Shown: positions 41,274 through 51,699, counted from the first letter of the stretch. The stretch is DNA of 64,000 nucleotides from Candidatus Zhuqueibacterota bacterium (GCA_049322915.1 JBMOPW010000020.1:96001-160000), one strand, 5' to 3'. Numbers and translations are program-made. The notes: generated by a model from the sequence alone, not told the origin.

Positions 41274-41651
41274 CAGTGTGGAATGGGTATTTAACTTCGT
41301 AGAAATCCGGCAAGGATAGTGACAGAGAAAGTAGATAAATATTACGCTCTTATTTATTGATTAAAAGAAAAACATTACTGACAGCTCAGTTGCTTCTGCT
41401 TCTGTTGATCGATGCCGTCTGAAAACTGGTATTAACAATCCTGACTTAAAGCCTGTGCCACAAGTCAATATTCTGATTATATTACTGGTTGTCCTCTGCA
41501 TCAATTACATGCTACGCTTGGATTAGGTCATCATTACACCCTCCAGCACCTGACGGATGAGGTCGCTTGTTTAGGGTGAGAGTCGTTATTTGAACTGGTC
41601 TCTTTCTTTCTTCCACGCCCGAATTCTATCAAGCAGCTTCTTTCGTTCAGT

Positions 41652-42962
41652 TTATTTCATCTCTTGTCCCATCAGATGGGGCTCCATTTCTCTGTGGCAC
41701 ATGCGCGAATATTCCATCTGCTCAATTTCTTTCTCCAGCTCAATCGACTTCATCGTCAACTCCAGCGAAACCAGCACGTCTTTGGCCATAACCATGTGTT
41801 TGATGGCCTGATCCATTTCGCCCATTTCCGAGAGCATTTCAGCGTACTCCTGGCAACTATTGGCCAGACCTAATGGGATATCGAAATCCTGATAGAACCG
41901 GATGCTCTCCTCGTACCATTCCAGCGCGATGTTGTACTGACGATAGTTGCGAAAAATATGTCCATAAATGACAGCCACTTTGGCAAGTCCGATGGGATTT
42001 TTAATCTGGATGAGCCGCTTCAGTCCCTCGCTACAAAACTGCGCTGCATGGCGGTAATCCCCGACATGCAGGTAGAAAATGGCCTTGTTCAGATTGACGT
42101 AAGCCAGCAGTTGGTAATCGCCGTACGTGTTGCAGAGATCCACGCATTCGTTGAGGTAGTTGAGCGATTTCTCGTAATTGGATTTTTGAAGGTGGCTCAT
42201 GGCCAATTCATTGAGACTCTCGATCAGTCCCTGAATTTCATTGAGACTTTTAAAAGTCTCCACTGCCTTTTCCAGATAATCGATGCTGATGCCGCGCTCG
42301 TCCTTGATGCGGCTGACAACGCCAAGACGGTTTTTGAGATAGGCAGATTTATTAGGATTTTTAATTTCTTCAGCCAGGCGTAACGTCTGGGCATACAATT
42401 TTTGGGATAGATTGTATTCGCCTTTTTTAAAATACAAATCAGCCATCTCCGCTCGCACTTCGATGAGATTTGGTATGTCCTCTCTTTCCTGATAGTATTC
42501 ATACGTTTCACGGAAATAGAGTTCGGCAAGCTCCCAGCTCGCCAGTGCCGCGTGGGTCTTTCCAAGTTTGAACTTAATCTGAAATTGATACAATGCCAGC
42601 TTCAGTTCATCGGCGATGCTCAGCGTCCGAATATAGACAGCCTGGGCGCGATTGATTTCCCCGGCGATGAAATAGGTGTCACCCATACTAATCATTATTG
42701 GAATCTTATAGATATTTTCCCTGTGGTCTCCTTGATCCTGTAAAAATGACTCAAGAATGTCCGCGATCGGTTTTTGCTTGAGGGGCTCTGCCGGATTGGA
42801 ACTGCGGTTTTCGATGTCGTTGCAGATGTGCTGAATGCTGAAGATGATCTCCCTAATGTCTCTTTTTCGCTCTGGTGAAATATCTTTCAATAGTTTCCAT
42901 TGACTGTTGATGGTCATCAGCCTCTGCATGAATGAATCAATGATATCGTATTTATTTTTCAT
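41652..42962 (-). CDS. Cytoplasmic tetratricopeptide-repeat protein
   Basis: Tandem ~40-aa helical repeats (e.g. LGKTH..W..AE.YF, LNELAMSHL...YEKSL.YL); no signal peptide. Confidence 0.8.
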   Translation of the reverse strand: MKNKYDIIDSFMQRLMTINSQWKLLKDISPERKRDIREIIFSIQHICNDIENRSSNPAEPLKQKPIADILESFLQDQGDHRENIYKIPIMISMGDTYFIAGEINRAQAVYIRTLSIADELKLALYQFQIKFKLGKTHAALASWELAELYFRETYEYYQEREDIPNLIEVRAEMADLYFKKGEYNLSQKLYAQTLRLAEEIKNPNKSAYLKNRLGVVSRIKDERGISIDYLEKAVETFKSLNEIQGLIESLNELAMSHLQKSNYEKSLNYLNECVDLCNTYGDYQLLAYVNLNKAIFYLHVGDYRHAAQFCSEGLKRLIQIKNPIGLAKVAVIYGHIFRNYRQYNIALEWYEESIRFYQDFDIPLGLANSCQEYAEMLSEMGEMDQAIKHMVMAKDVLVSLELTMKSIELEKEIEQMEYSRMCHREMEPHLMGQEMK

Positions 42963-43022
42963 AAAATACCTGAGAATTTAATAGTGTAAACAAATGCAAG
43001 TCAAGAGTTAATTTCCCATTAT

Positions 43023-43050
43023 TTATCGACACCACGCCCGTTTTTCTTTA
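43023..43050 (-). promoter_or_regulatory. Possible sigma28-like promoter for the TPR gene
   Basis: Minus strand reads TAAAG-N15-GTCGATAA about 60 nt upstream of the ATG. Confidence 0.35.
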
Positions 43051-43368
43051 ATTGAAGTCGTGTTGTTTTATTTGGTTAGAGTGCATGTCGGTTCAGGACA
43101 ATTATTCTTCGGGCTGGTTTAATCAAAAAGGATCCCTGTATGAACGTGAAAAGGATAAGAGACTTGCTGAAACTGGCAAAATTGTAAAATGTGTAGAATT
43201 TGGAAAAATATTGCTACAGCCATGATAAGTGTCAACATCACTCTGAGTTTGAAATCCAGTTTCAATTAATGCCAATAAAAACAATTTAATGACTGTTCTG
43301 AAATATTTGGAAACAAAGAGTCATTGGTCAAAAAATAACAGAGTAGATATATATATGAAAAAAAATAC

Positions 43369-43397
43369 TTGACAAACATGTTATGATTTTGTATATT
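43369..43397 (+). promoter_or_regulatory. Sigma70-type promoter upstream of the TBDR operon
   Basis: TTGACA-N17-TATATT with an A-rich tract immediately upstream. Confidence 0.7.
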
Positions 43398-43741
43398 GGC
43401 GGTTGGATCATTGTAAAACAATGTTTTAACGTATATGGAGTCAAATCAAGCAAAGGGTTGGTTAACATAACGTAGTAAATTGTTCATTGTCCTTTTTTAG
43501 AATGGTGTTTTACAGAATTAAAAGAGTCGATTAGGTCGTTCATGTTTGTTTTTTCAATGCGTTAATGTGTATTAAATGAATTTGAACTCAATGAGATTTC
43601 TGTAATCACATGAGACAAACAATAAAAAGCGAAAAAAATTCTATCCTGAAAATTCATGCGGGGGGTTCTGGATAGAGACTTTTTCGCTTTTTCTGTTTTT
43701 GGACAAAATTGTTGTTTTGGTAATTTATTGAAAATAAAAAT

Positions 43742-43845
43742 GAAGGAGGTGATGAAAGAAAATATCGTCTGACTACAAGCGCTAATTACAGAAAGGCATG
43801 CTCCCACAACGACGTGATAGAAGGAGGTGATGGAAAAAAATATCG
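43742..43845 (+). repeat. Two 26-nt direct repeats each carrying a full Shine-Dalgarno AAGGAGGTGAT
   Basis: GAAGGAGGTGATGAAAGAAAATATCG (43742-43767) and GAAGGAGGTGATGGAAAAAAATATCG (43820-43845), 24/26 identical. Confidence 0.85.
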
Positions 43846-43907
43846 CGGTGTTTAGGAAACGATTTCTTTAATGAATCTTTAAATCCTATTTAATTTGGAG
43901 GACTCTT

Positions 43908-46865
43908 ATGTCATTGAAAAACTTAAGAAAAATGTCTATAGTATTTGCTATAGGCTTGATCGTAGCACTTTTATTCACTGCTCCGTCCTTTGCCGGATTG
44001 GGAAAAATCGCAGGGAAGGTGACAGATGAACAAACAGGAGACCCGCTTCCGGGAGCTCAAGTGCTCATCGCGGGCACCAAAATGGGTGCTGCTTCGAATG
44101 AGCAAGGGCAGTACTTTATTTTAAATGTTCCTCCCGGAACCTACACCATCCGCGTCGCTTTTATGGGGTATGCGACGAAAGAGATTGAAGGCGTTGTTTC
44201 GCAATTAGACGTGACAACGATGTTAGACGTGAAATTGAAATCCACAGTGATCGAGGGAGAGGTTGTTACAATCGTCGCTGAAAGACCTCCGGTCGATAAA
44301 ACCATGACTGCCACAAAAATTTCCTTCGGCGAAGACCTGGTCGACAACGTCCTCCCGGTGAATGGCCTGAACGAAATTCTGCAGGTATCAGTCACAACGC
44401 AATCCATGCGTGGCGCTAATAAAACTGGTGTGGCCTACATGATCGACGGCGTGAATATCACGGATATCATGTCCTCAACCGGCGGTGGCACAGATGGTTA
44501 CACCAACGTGAAAAGAAACACCAATTCCACGGGTTCGAGCACAGGTGACTATCGTTCGGAATCCGATATTGATGTGAGAGGTCGCTCATCCGAAATGGTT
44601 CAAACGGCTGCAGGGATCACCCAGAGCACCGTTGCCGAAGCCAACGTAATTGCCGGTACATTCAATGCCGAATACGGCGCTTCTGCTGGTGTTATCAATA
44701 TCGCTTCCAAAAACGGTGGTAAGGAATATGCCGGAAAATTGTTCTTCAGATCAAGCCTGGGCGGCTTGAGCCATGCTGGCCCGGATTGTTATTCCGCTCC
44801 GGTGTCTGGTGACTTGACAGCCGCTGACATGTATAATGCTCACAAACAGACATTGATCAACGCAGGAAATACGACCCTTGCTAACTTGATGAACTGGACC
44901 CCTGATTTATACGAATATGGCGATGATCCGCGCATGAGTTCGGAGTTCACCTTTAGTGGCCCGCTGACAGATAAAGGGAGCTTCTTCTTTGCTGGAAATT
45001 TCCTGAATGACCATGGCGTATTCCCGGGTGAGTTCCAGAGAAACCTTGGCCTGTCGCTGAAATTAAACTATGATATTACGTCTTCAGATCGTTTGGCTGC
45101 CTATGGCAAGATTGATGACTGGGGTCAATTGCTCGGTTGGACAAACCGCTCTTACTCCTATATGTATCAATTCTGGCTTGAGGGACAGCCGGTGTGGGAT
45201 CGTACCGGTCTCATTTCCTATTTGAAGCATACCCATGTGTTCAATCCAGCTAGCTTCCTGGAAACGACCGTTAGCTACGTTGGCAACGAGCGAACCTGGG
45301 GATACAAACCAGTCGATGATAAATTGCAGTATGATAATTACGGCGATGAATGGTTGATTCTGGATACAGTGGAAAAAGCCAATTACTACCTGAATGAACC
45401 GGCAACCCAAATATTCAACACATCACCAGGTAATGATCCGAATTATCAGGTCACCGGTTTCCAAAACCAGATCCGTTTCGGTTTGGCTGGCTACCATTAT
45501 GAAAATATGAAAACCAGCACCTTAACCCTGGCTTCAAACTACACCAACCAGATCAATTTCAATCATCAGTTAAAAACCGGAGTCGAGTATAAGCTGAATA
45601 ATGTGGATGAATTCCAGCACAAGTCAAGTGTGGGATTCCCTGATGCAGCATTCAAATTTGAGACAATTGATTTCGACGTTAATCCCTGGTCTTTTGGCAC
45701 ATTTATCCAGGATAAAATTGAGTACGAAGGCATCATCGTGAACCTCGGCGCCCGCTTCGACGCGTACAATCTGGACACCGAAATGTTCAAAGATGAATAC
45801 AAACCGGTCGCCTTTGACACTCTCTCCAACGGTCAGGCTGTGATGGTATGGGATGGCACCGAAGCGAGCAAAACCCATAAATATGTCAGCCCGCGCATTG
45901 GTATTTCTCATCCAATCACTGAAAATGCTGCCATGCACTATAGCTGGGGTATCTACACGACTCAACCCAATATGGGCTACTGGCTGCGAAACTACAATTC
46001 ATTCGCCAATGCCTCATTGCCGGCTGTTTACAATGCGGACCCGGATCCCGAAAAAGCCACTGCATATGAAATTGGCGTGAACGTAGCATTGACCAATGAT
46101 TTTGGCATGGACCTGACCGCGTACTATCGTGACGTCAGAAATGGTAGCGCGATTGGTTACAGCATTGGCCAGGACAAAACGGCCACAGGAACCCCGTTCA
46201 CTCTGTATACCTATATCACCAACTGGGGTTACCGGGATAGCCGCGGTGTGGAAATTAACTTCTGGAAACGCCCGACTGCTGAAAAATACTTTGGAGTTTT
46301 CGGACTTTCAGGCAATCTGAGCATTTCCTATGCGTATGATAAAACATCAGCGAGTGGCAGTGGTATCAGTCAGGAAACCGATTTTACCACAACATTGGCT
46401 TACAATACGACGAAGGATTATGATTGGGACATCGTCTATTTCTGGCCGACATACTCCCGCGGTTACAATGATTGGAAGAGCAAATTGTCACTGTTGTGGG
46501 ATTTCCCGTTTGATGTTAAAATGTCGACTGTGGCTACCTACCGCAGCCCGTGGCGTTATACTCAGATGGTTAATGTCGTTAATTCCCGTTACGAGAATAG
46601 ACTGGACGGCGAATCGTTCTTCCAGCTTGATTTACGTTTGACCAAATACATGACCGTCGCCGGAATTCGCGGTGGGCTTTTCTTCGAAATGCTGAATGTA
46701 CTGGATCGTGAAAATATCCTCACCTTCGACAACTACGGTGATACCAACCTGTACGAAACCGAAGGCAATGCATGGGGTATTTTGAATCGAGCGGTTGATC
46801 AATACGGTAGCCCGTTGGCCGGTATCGCACGCGAAATGTACGTCGGCTTCGAAGTTTCGTTCTAA
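43908..46865 (+). CDS. TonB-dependent receptor with N-terminal carboxypeptidase-regulatory-like domain
   Basis: Signal peptide; GKIAGKVTD..TGDPLPGA..G.YFILNVPPG.Y; plug GTFNAEYG..GVINI; SPRIGISHPI, PEKATAYEIG and C-terminal F. Confidence 0.9.
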   Translation: MSLKNLRKMSIVFAIGLIVALLFTAPSFAGLGKIAGKVTDEQTGDPLPGAQVLIAGTKMGAASNEQGQYFILNVPPGTYTIRVAFMGYATKEIEGVVSQLDVTTMLDVKLKSTVIEGEVVTIVAERPPVDKTMTATKISFGEDLVDNVLPVNGLNEILQVSVTTQSMRGANKTGVAYMIDGVNITDIMSSTGGGTDGYTNVKRNTNSTGSSTGDYRSESDIDVRGRSSEMVQTAAGITQSTVAEANVIAGTFNAEYGASAGVINIASKNGGKEYAGKLFFRSSLGGLSHAGPDCYSAPVSGDLTAADMYNAHKQTLINAGNTTLANLMNWTPDLYEYGDDPRMSSEFTFSGPLTDKGSFFFAGNFLNDHGVFPGEFQRNLGLSLKLNYDITSSDRLAAYGKIDDWGQLLGWTNRSYSYMYQFWLEGQPVWDRTGLISYLKHTHVFNPASFLETTVSYVGNERTWGYKPVDDKLQYDNYGDEWLILDTVEKANYYLNEPATQIFNTSPGNDPNYQVTGFQNQIRFGLAGYHYENMKTSTLTLASNYTNQINFNHQLKTGVEYKLNNVDEFQHKSSVGFPDAAFKFETIDFDVNPWSFGTFIQDKIEYEGIIVNLGARFDAYNLDTEMFKDEYKPVAFDTLSNGQAVMVWDGTEASKTHKYVSPRIGISHPITENAAMHYSWGIYTTQPNMGYWLRNYNSFANASLPAVYNADPDPEKATAYEIGVNVALTNDFGMDLTAYYRDVRNGSAIGYSIGQDKTATGTPFTLYTYITNWGYRDSRGVEINFWKRPTAEKYFGVFGLSGNLSISYAYDKTSASGSGISQETDFTTTLAYNTTKDYDWDIVYFWPTYSRGYNDWKSKLSLLWDFPFDVKMSTVATYRSPWRYTQMVNVVNSRYENRLDGESFFQLDLRLTKYMTVAGIRGGLFFEMLNVLDRENILTFDNYGDTNLYETEGNAWGILNRAVDQYGSPLAGIAREMYVGFEVSF

Positions 46866-46923
46866 TTATTAGCGGACTAATAGATTAGACCCTACCAAAT
46901 CAGTAAAAATTAGGAGAAACGTA

Positions 46924-49449
46924 ATGCTAAAAAAGAAATTATCAATCCTCATGATAATATTTCTCATGGGTCTCACTTCGATTGCTACGGCGACAGATTT
47001 TCCCAAAATAGGAATTGTCTGTTGCGGTGATCTGTGGGAAAGTTTTATGCCAAGCGGCATAAATAAATATTATGGCGAATCACAAACTGATGTGTTGAAA
47101 AACTTCGTCATCGCCAGACTCGGTAATTACGAACGAACCTGGAGCACACCAACATTTCATTATCCGGCCGGCGATATTTTCACGTTGACCTGGAATACCA
47201 ACCTGATGATGACTGAATATCATCCGACTGAGCAAATTGGCGCCTATCGAAAAACAGTCGCCAGCGATACAGCCAACTACCGGAATTATTGTAATGCGTT
47301 CTGGATGGCGTCAATGGGCAACACCACGGCAACACCGACTTCAACTGGTGACGCAGTGCGTGGCGCCGCTCAATGGACAGATGATAACACCCGTCATCAG
47401 CAATTATATGAATTCTTCTTCCCAACCAACATCGGTGTTGACATTAAAGGTCGTCTCCGCGGCTTCAGCTTCAATGAAGCGAACATGAACGACTTCATCG
47501 CCATGGAGTTCGAACTGACCAATACCGGAGTGCAGGACAACAACTGCGACGGAACCATCGATCGCAGCAATCATAAAATCGAAGCCCTGTCCATGTTGTT
47601 CTCCGAAGAGACGTTTGGATGTATGGCTCTGAGCGCCCGCGGTGTCCGTTGGACTGGCTGGTGGCCGGCCTCACGACTCTCCGGCTACGACGGAAGCCCG
47701 GATCCGGATGGCAATCCCTGGGATGTGCCTTTCTGCTGGGCAACCGGTATTGCTGAAAGCGATCTGGACGCCAACCGATGGGCCGCTGATGAGAAACGAA
47801 AAGTCAGCTACCGAACCTCCAGAGGTATTTTCTCTGACATCTGGAACGGCCAGCATTTCATCGCTGTGAAAAAAGGCACACTGGACGGCGGCGCCGCTGC
47901 TGAAGACAAACCGACGATTTACGGCAGCCATCCGATAGGTGAAGGCGTGCAACAAGGTTGGTATGTCACCCGCAACAGAACCAAACTTGGCGAGCCCTAC
48001 GGCAACTTCGTCATGGCCACCGGCGTGTTCTATCAAGAAGGTGGTAAATCTGAAGACCCGACATTGTTGCTGGGCAAATCAGTGAAACCAGATCCCAATT
48101 ACTTTGATACCACCCAGCCGTACACTGTGGGTAACCCTGTTTCGTTTGCCAGCCTGCCGATCAAAGGCGGACAGCCGAAGGGCGATATGAAGTATACAAA
48201 TTTCTGGTTCGAAAACTGGGAAAAGAATTATCCCGGCACTCCGGATCCGAAAATACCCAATGCAGATCTGTGGACTGCTGGCGGTACTCCAAAAACCATA
48301 TACAATTTCGACTCAGGCGCTTCGGTTGGTGTAGGCCCGTTCTCATTGGAAGTTGGCGAGTCAATGACGATCGTCGCCATCGAGTACGGTGGTTATCGAT
48401 TGAAGGGCGTGCGAAATGCTGTTGCCGCTGCCCGTTTTGCCTATGAGAATAACTGGAATGTTCCTCTGCCTCCGCCAATGCCGGAGATGAACGTTGCTGC
48501 GACAGAATATCAGGAACCCAGCGGTCTGACCGTAAAACCAAGAATCGTATGGGATGCCCGTGCTGAATCTGCTGCTGATTTTGCCGGCTACAAAATTTAT
48601 CGCGTCACCGCCTATCCAAAATATAAGTCAGCTCAATTTGGAACCCGTTTCCTGGATAAATACCATCATCAGGGCGCTGATGATATTGGCCTGTCCGATG
48701 ATGAACTGGAAGCCAAGTACTCCGAGCCGATCAACCCCAATAACAGTGTTCCGGCCAATTACAATCTCGATTGGGATCCGGGCATTCATGGACCGTGGAA
48801 AATTATAAATTATATTCCCAAGTCCGAATTGAATAACTATCTGAACACTGGCAGCGATGCTGCGACTTACAAATATGCTTGGATCGACGCATCCAGCGAA
48901 GCTCGGTTTGGCTATACCTTCTGGTATTATGTTGCCGCGTTCGATAATGAAAGTGGCACCATTGCCAATACGTCCTTCACCAGTTTGGAAAGCGGCAAAG
49001 AAAACTTCAACGGACGCTGGGGAGAATGGGCTGGTTCTTATCCCTGGTGTACAGCATCCACAGGATTCCCCACAGATGCTGCCGGCGTGAAAAACATGGG
49101 CGCCCCGTTTGTGCTTAATCTGCCGCGCGCTGATGTCACCGAACTGCTCAGCGGCGAAAAGAGCATTGCTGTAAAACCGAATCCCTATAAAGTCCAGGCA
49201 CCGCATGATGTCGGATTAGAGCATAAAGTGGTATTCTATAACTTACCGATGAACACCAAAATCACCATTTTTGATCTGTCCGGTCAAATCATGGATGTTA
49301 TCGAATACTACGGTTTGGATCCCAAGAATGGTACTATTTTCTGGGATATGTTCACCAAAGACGGCCCTGAAGTACAGAGTGGCTTGTATATTTGGGTTGC
49401 CGAATATCCGGGTGGCAAGCAAACCGGTCATTTAGCTGTTATGCGCTAA
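46924..49449 (+). CDS. Secreted protein with T9SS-type C-terminal sorting domain
   Basis: Signal peptide; FnIII-like FAGYKIYR..WYYVAAFD; C-terminal VKPNPY..VVFYNLP..ITIFDLSG..WD...VQSGLYIW. Confidence 0.75.
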   Translation: MLKKKLSILMIIFLMGLTSIATATDFPKIGIVCCGDLWESFMPSGINKYYGESQTDVLKNFVIARLGNYERTWSTPTFHYPAGDIFTLTWNTNLMMTEYHPTEQIGAYRKTVASDTANYRNYCNAFWMASMGNTTATPTSTGDAVRGAAQWTDDNTRHQQLYEFFFPTNIGVDIKGRLRGFSFNEANMNDFIAMEFELTNTGVQDNNCDGTIDRSNHKIEALSMLFSEETFGCMALSARGVRWTGWWPASRLSGYDGSPDPDGNPWDVPFCWATGIAESDLDANRWAADEKRKVSYRTSRGIFSDIWNGQHFIAVKKGTLDGGAAAEDKPTIYGSHPIGEGVQQGWYVTRNRTKLGEPYGNFVMATGVFYQEGGKSEDPTLLLGKSVKPDPNYFDTTQPYTVGNPVSFASLPIKGGQPKGDMKYTNFWFENWEKNYPGTPDPKIPNADLWTAGGTPKTIYNFDSGASVGVGPFSLEVGESMTIVAIEYGGYRLKGVRNAVAAARFAYENNWNVPLPPPMPEMNVAATEYQEPSGLTVKPRIVWDARAESAADFAGYKIYRVTAYPKYKSAQFGTRFLDKYHHQGADDIGLSDDELEAKYSEPINPNNSVPANYNLDWDPGIHGPWKIINYIPKSELNNYLNTGSDAATYKYAWIDASSEARFGYTFWYYVAAFDNESGTIANTSFTSLESGKENFNGRWGEWAGSYPWCTASTGFPTDAAGVKNMGAPFVLNLPRADVTELLSGEKSIAVKPNPYKVQAPHDVGLEHKVVFYNLPMNTKITIFDLSGQIMDVIEYYGLDPKNGTIFWDMFTKDGPEVQSGLYIWVAEYPGGKQTGHLAVMR

Positions 49450-49499
49450 ACCTAATGATAAATAATTAATAAAACTAAGAAATCAGGAGAATATGCTCT

Positions 49500-50552
49500 A
49501 TGAGACATAAAATAATCTCCACGCTACTTATACTAGTGTTGATCATTTTTGTAAGTAGCGGTTATGGACAGGAAATGAAAAAAACTGGTTCATCAGGTGC
49601 CTCCATACTGAAAGTCGCCGTCGGCGCTAAAGCATCTGCATTAGCAAGCGCAATGACAACGACTCAGGGCGATGTCAACCAGTTATTCTGGAATCCGGCC
49701 GGTATTGTCCTTGAAGCCGGTCAGACTCAGGTGACCTTTTCTTACAATAACTGGATTGCTGACCTGAGCCACAATGCATTCGCAGTGGCTCGCTCCTTCG
49801 GCAATCTGGGAACATTTGCACTCGGCGGCATGATGGCTGGCGTTTCCGACATCACGGCCAACCGTGATATTCAACCCGGCCTCGAAGGCGTTGAATATAT
49901 CGATGACGCGACATTCGATTATAACTCCAACTTTTTAGCTTTGAGCTACGGTCGTCAATTCACAGATAAATTAGCACTGGGCATCACTGCAAAATATTAC
50001 AGTGAGTCAATCGATGGCGTTGGCATTCATTCCTTTGCCATGGATTTCGGTGCAATTTATGAAGTCGGATTCAAAGACCTGACTATCGGCGCCAGAATTC
50101 AAAACCTGGGCCAGGACATGACCTATTACTATGTCCCGGTCAACCTGCCATTGGTGTTCAGTTTTGGTGTTTCCTATAGCCTGATCAATTCCGATCTGTT
50201 CGGATTGAAAGGCTATCTCGATGCAACCAAACCGCTGGATGCCGACCAGATGATTCTCACTGGCGCAGAAATGCATCTCTACAAGACCATGTTCGTGCGC
50301 GGTGGTTACAAACTCAACTACACCGGCATTCAGGATGAGTTCATGGGCCGCGATGTGTATTATAACAATGAAGCGGTTACGCGAACTTCCTGGTTGAGCA
50401 AACAAAGCTACAATCGTACCGACGAAGGATTGTCCATCGGCGCCGGTATCGAAATTCCGTATGACAAATACAAATTGATCGTCGATTATGCCTGGACAAG
50501 CTTCGACGTTATGGATGATGTCAATCGTTTCTCATTGACGTTCAAATTCTAA
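49500..50552 (+). CDS. PorV/PorQ-family outer-membrane beta-barrel
   Basis: GASILKVAVGAKASAL...LFWNPAGI, SYNNWIAD, DFGAIY and C-terminal RFSLTFKF. Confidence 0.82.
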   Translation: MRHKIISTLLILVLIIFVSSGYGQEMKKTGSSGASILKVAVGAKASALASAMTTTQGDVNQLFWNPAGIVLEAGQTQVTFSYNNWIADLSHNAFAVARSFGNLGTFALGGMMAGVSDITANRDIQPGLEGVEYIDDATFDYNSNFLALSYGRQFTDKLALGITAKYYSESIDGVGIHSFAMDFGAIYEVGFKDLTIGARIQNLGQDMTYYYVPVNLPLVFSFGVSYSLINSDLFGLKGYLDATKPLDADQMILTGAEMHLYKTMFVRGGYKLNYTGIQDEFMGRDVYYNNEAVTRTSWLSKQSYNRTDEGLSIGAGIEIPYDKYKLIVDYAWTSFDVMDDVNRFSLTFKF

Positions 50553-50610
50553 CCAGACGAATGTCCCGAAGGCCCTGGCCTCGATGTAAATTTGTAGTGT
50601 AAAAATCGCG

Positions 50611-50653
50611 ATGGGGGACTCTTGAACTAGTTGCTCAGAGTCCCCCATTTTTT
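50611..50653 (+). terminator. Rho-independent terminator closing the TBDR-cargo-PorV unit
   Basis: 12-bp stem ATGGGGGACTCT / AGAGTCCCCCAT followed by a T-run. Confidence 0.8.
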
Positions 50654-50691
50654 AATTATTCAGGTATCATTCATTTTAAGGACTGACTGAT

Positions 50692-51699
50692 TTGAAGTTA
50701 AACCGATATTCTTCACTGTGGCTATTTACGATCATCGCTGTGTTAGCGGGTAGCTTTTCCGGATGCAGCAAAAGCGTACCAACGTACGAGATGGAAATTG
50801 TGAAATCATTTCGCCTGAACATCCCGAATGTCGATCTTGACAAATATTTTAAAAGAGTGACAGATGTAGACCTGTCCCAAAATGGAGGATTTGTCATCGT
50901 CGATATCGCCGGGCCGGGAGTGCTGCTGTTTGATGAACAGGGCAATTACATCAATAACATTGCCGGATATGGCAGTGGCAACTTCGAAACCCTCTGCTCC
51001 GCCACGTTTGTGGATACGCTAATCGCTGTCTATACGCTCAACCAGATCGAATTTTTTACAGCAAATGGAACACCGGTGAAACGCCATTTTACGAGGGGAC
51101 GAGGCGATGCCGCAATCGCACGGGATGGAAGTTTCGTTTTCAATCGCATGATCGATGCAAGAACTCAGGGAGCATGCCTGGAAACATACGACACGAACGG
51201 AAAATTGATCACGAAATTCAGGTCTCCGCGAGCGAAGGAAGAAGGGATGGAGATGCTGGATTTCGGTTTTTCGAGGTTGACTCCGGATTCGCGGATTGTG
51301 TATGTCCCGGTTGTCGTCGACTCCGCATTCATTTATGATTTTAACGGTAACGTGCTGTTGTCCAAAAAGCTGAAATCCGCCCTGAAACCATATAAAAATA
51401 AAGACGATAAACCCGGCGCATTGGTAGAAGATGTCGTTGTCAATGACGATGGGATTTTCATCGTCCGATTGGATAAGGAGCTGTCGAACGAAACGATCGT
51501 ATATTTTAATTTGATAGAACAATATGATTTCAATCTCAACCGTGTCGCTGCCTATAAATTTGCCACGCCAATCACCATGACAACTGCGACGGAAATATAC
51601 TCGCCCTGGTACAACAATTTCGCCGTGCGCAATGGAGTTTTTTATCTGATGGTCTCGCAGCCATTCCAACAGCTCATTGCATTCCAGGCGAAGAAGTGA
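50692..51699 (+). CDS. Lipoprotein, probable 6-bladed beta-propeller
   Basis: Lipobox FSGC; repeated FDEQG.YI, YDTNGKLI and YDFNGNVL blade-like motifs. Confidence 0.65.
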   Translation: MKLNRYSSLWLFTIIAVLAGSFSGCSKSVPTYEMEIVKSFRLNIPNVDLDKYFKRVTDVDLSQNGGFVIVDIAGPGVLLFDEQGNYINNIAGYGSGNFETLCSATFVDTLIAVYTLNQIEFFTANGTPVKRHFTRGRGDAAIARDGSFVFNRMIDARTQGACLETYDTNGKLITKFRSPRAKEEGMEMLDFGFSRLTPDSRIVYVPVVVDSAFIYDFNGNVLLSKKLKSALKPYKNKDDKPGALVEDVVVNDDGIFIVRLDKELSNETIVYFNLIEQYDFNLNRVAAYKFATPITMTTATEIYSPWYNNFAVRNGVFYLMVSQPFQQLIAFQAKK

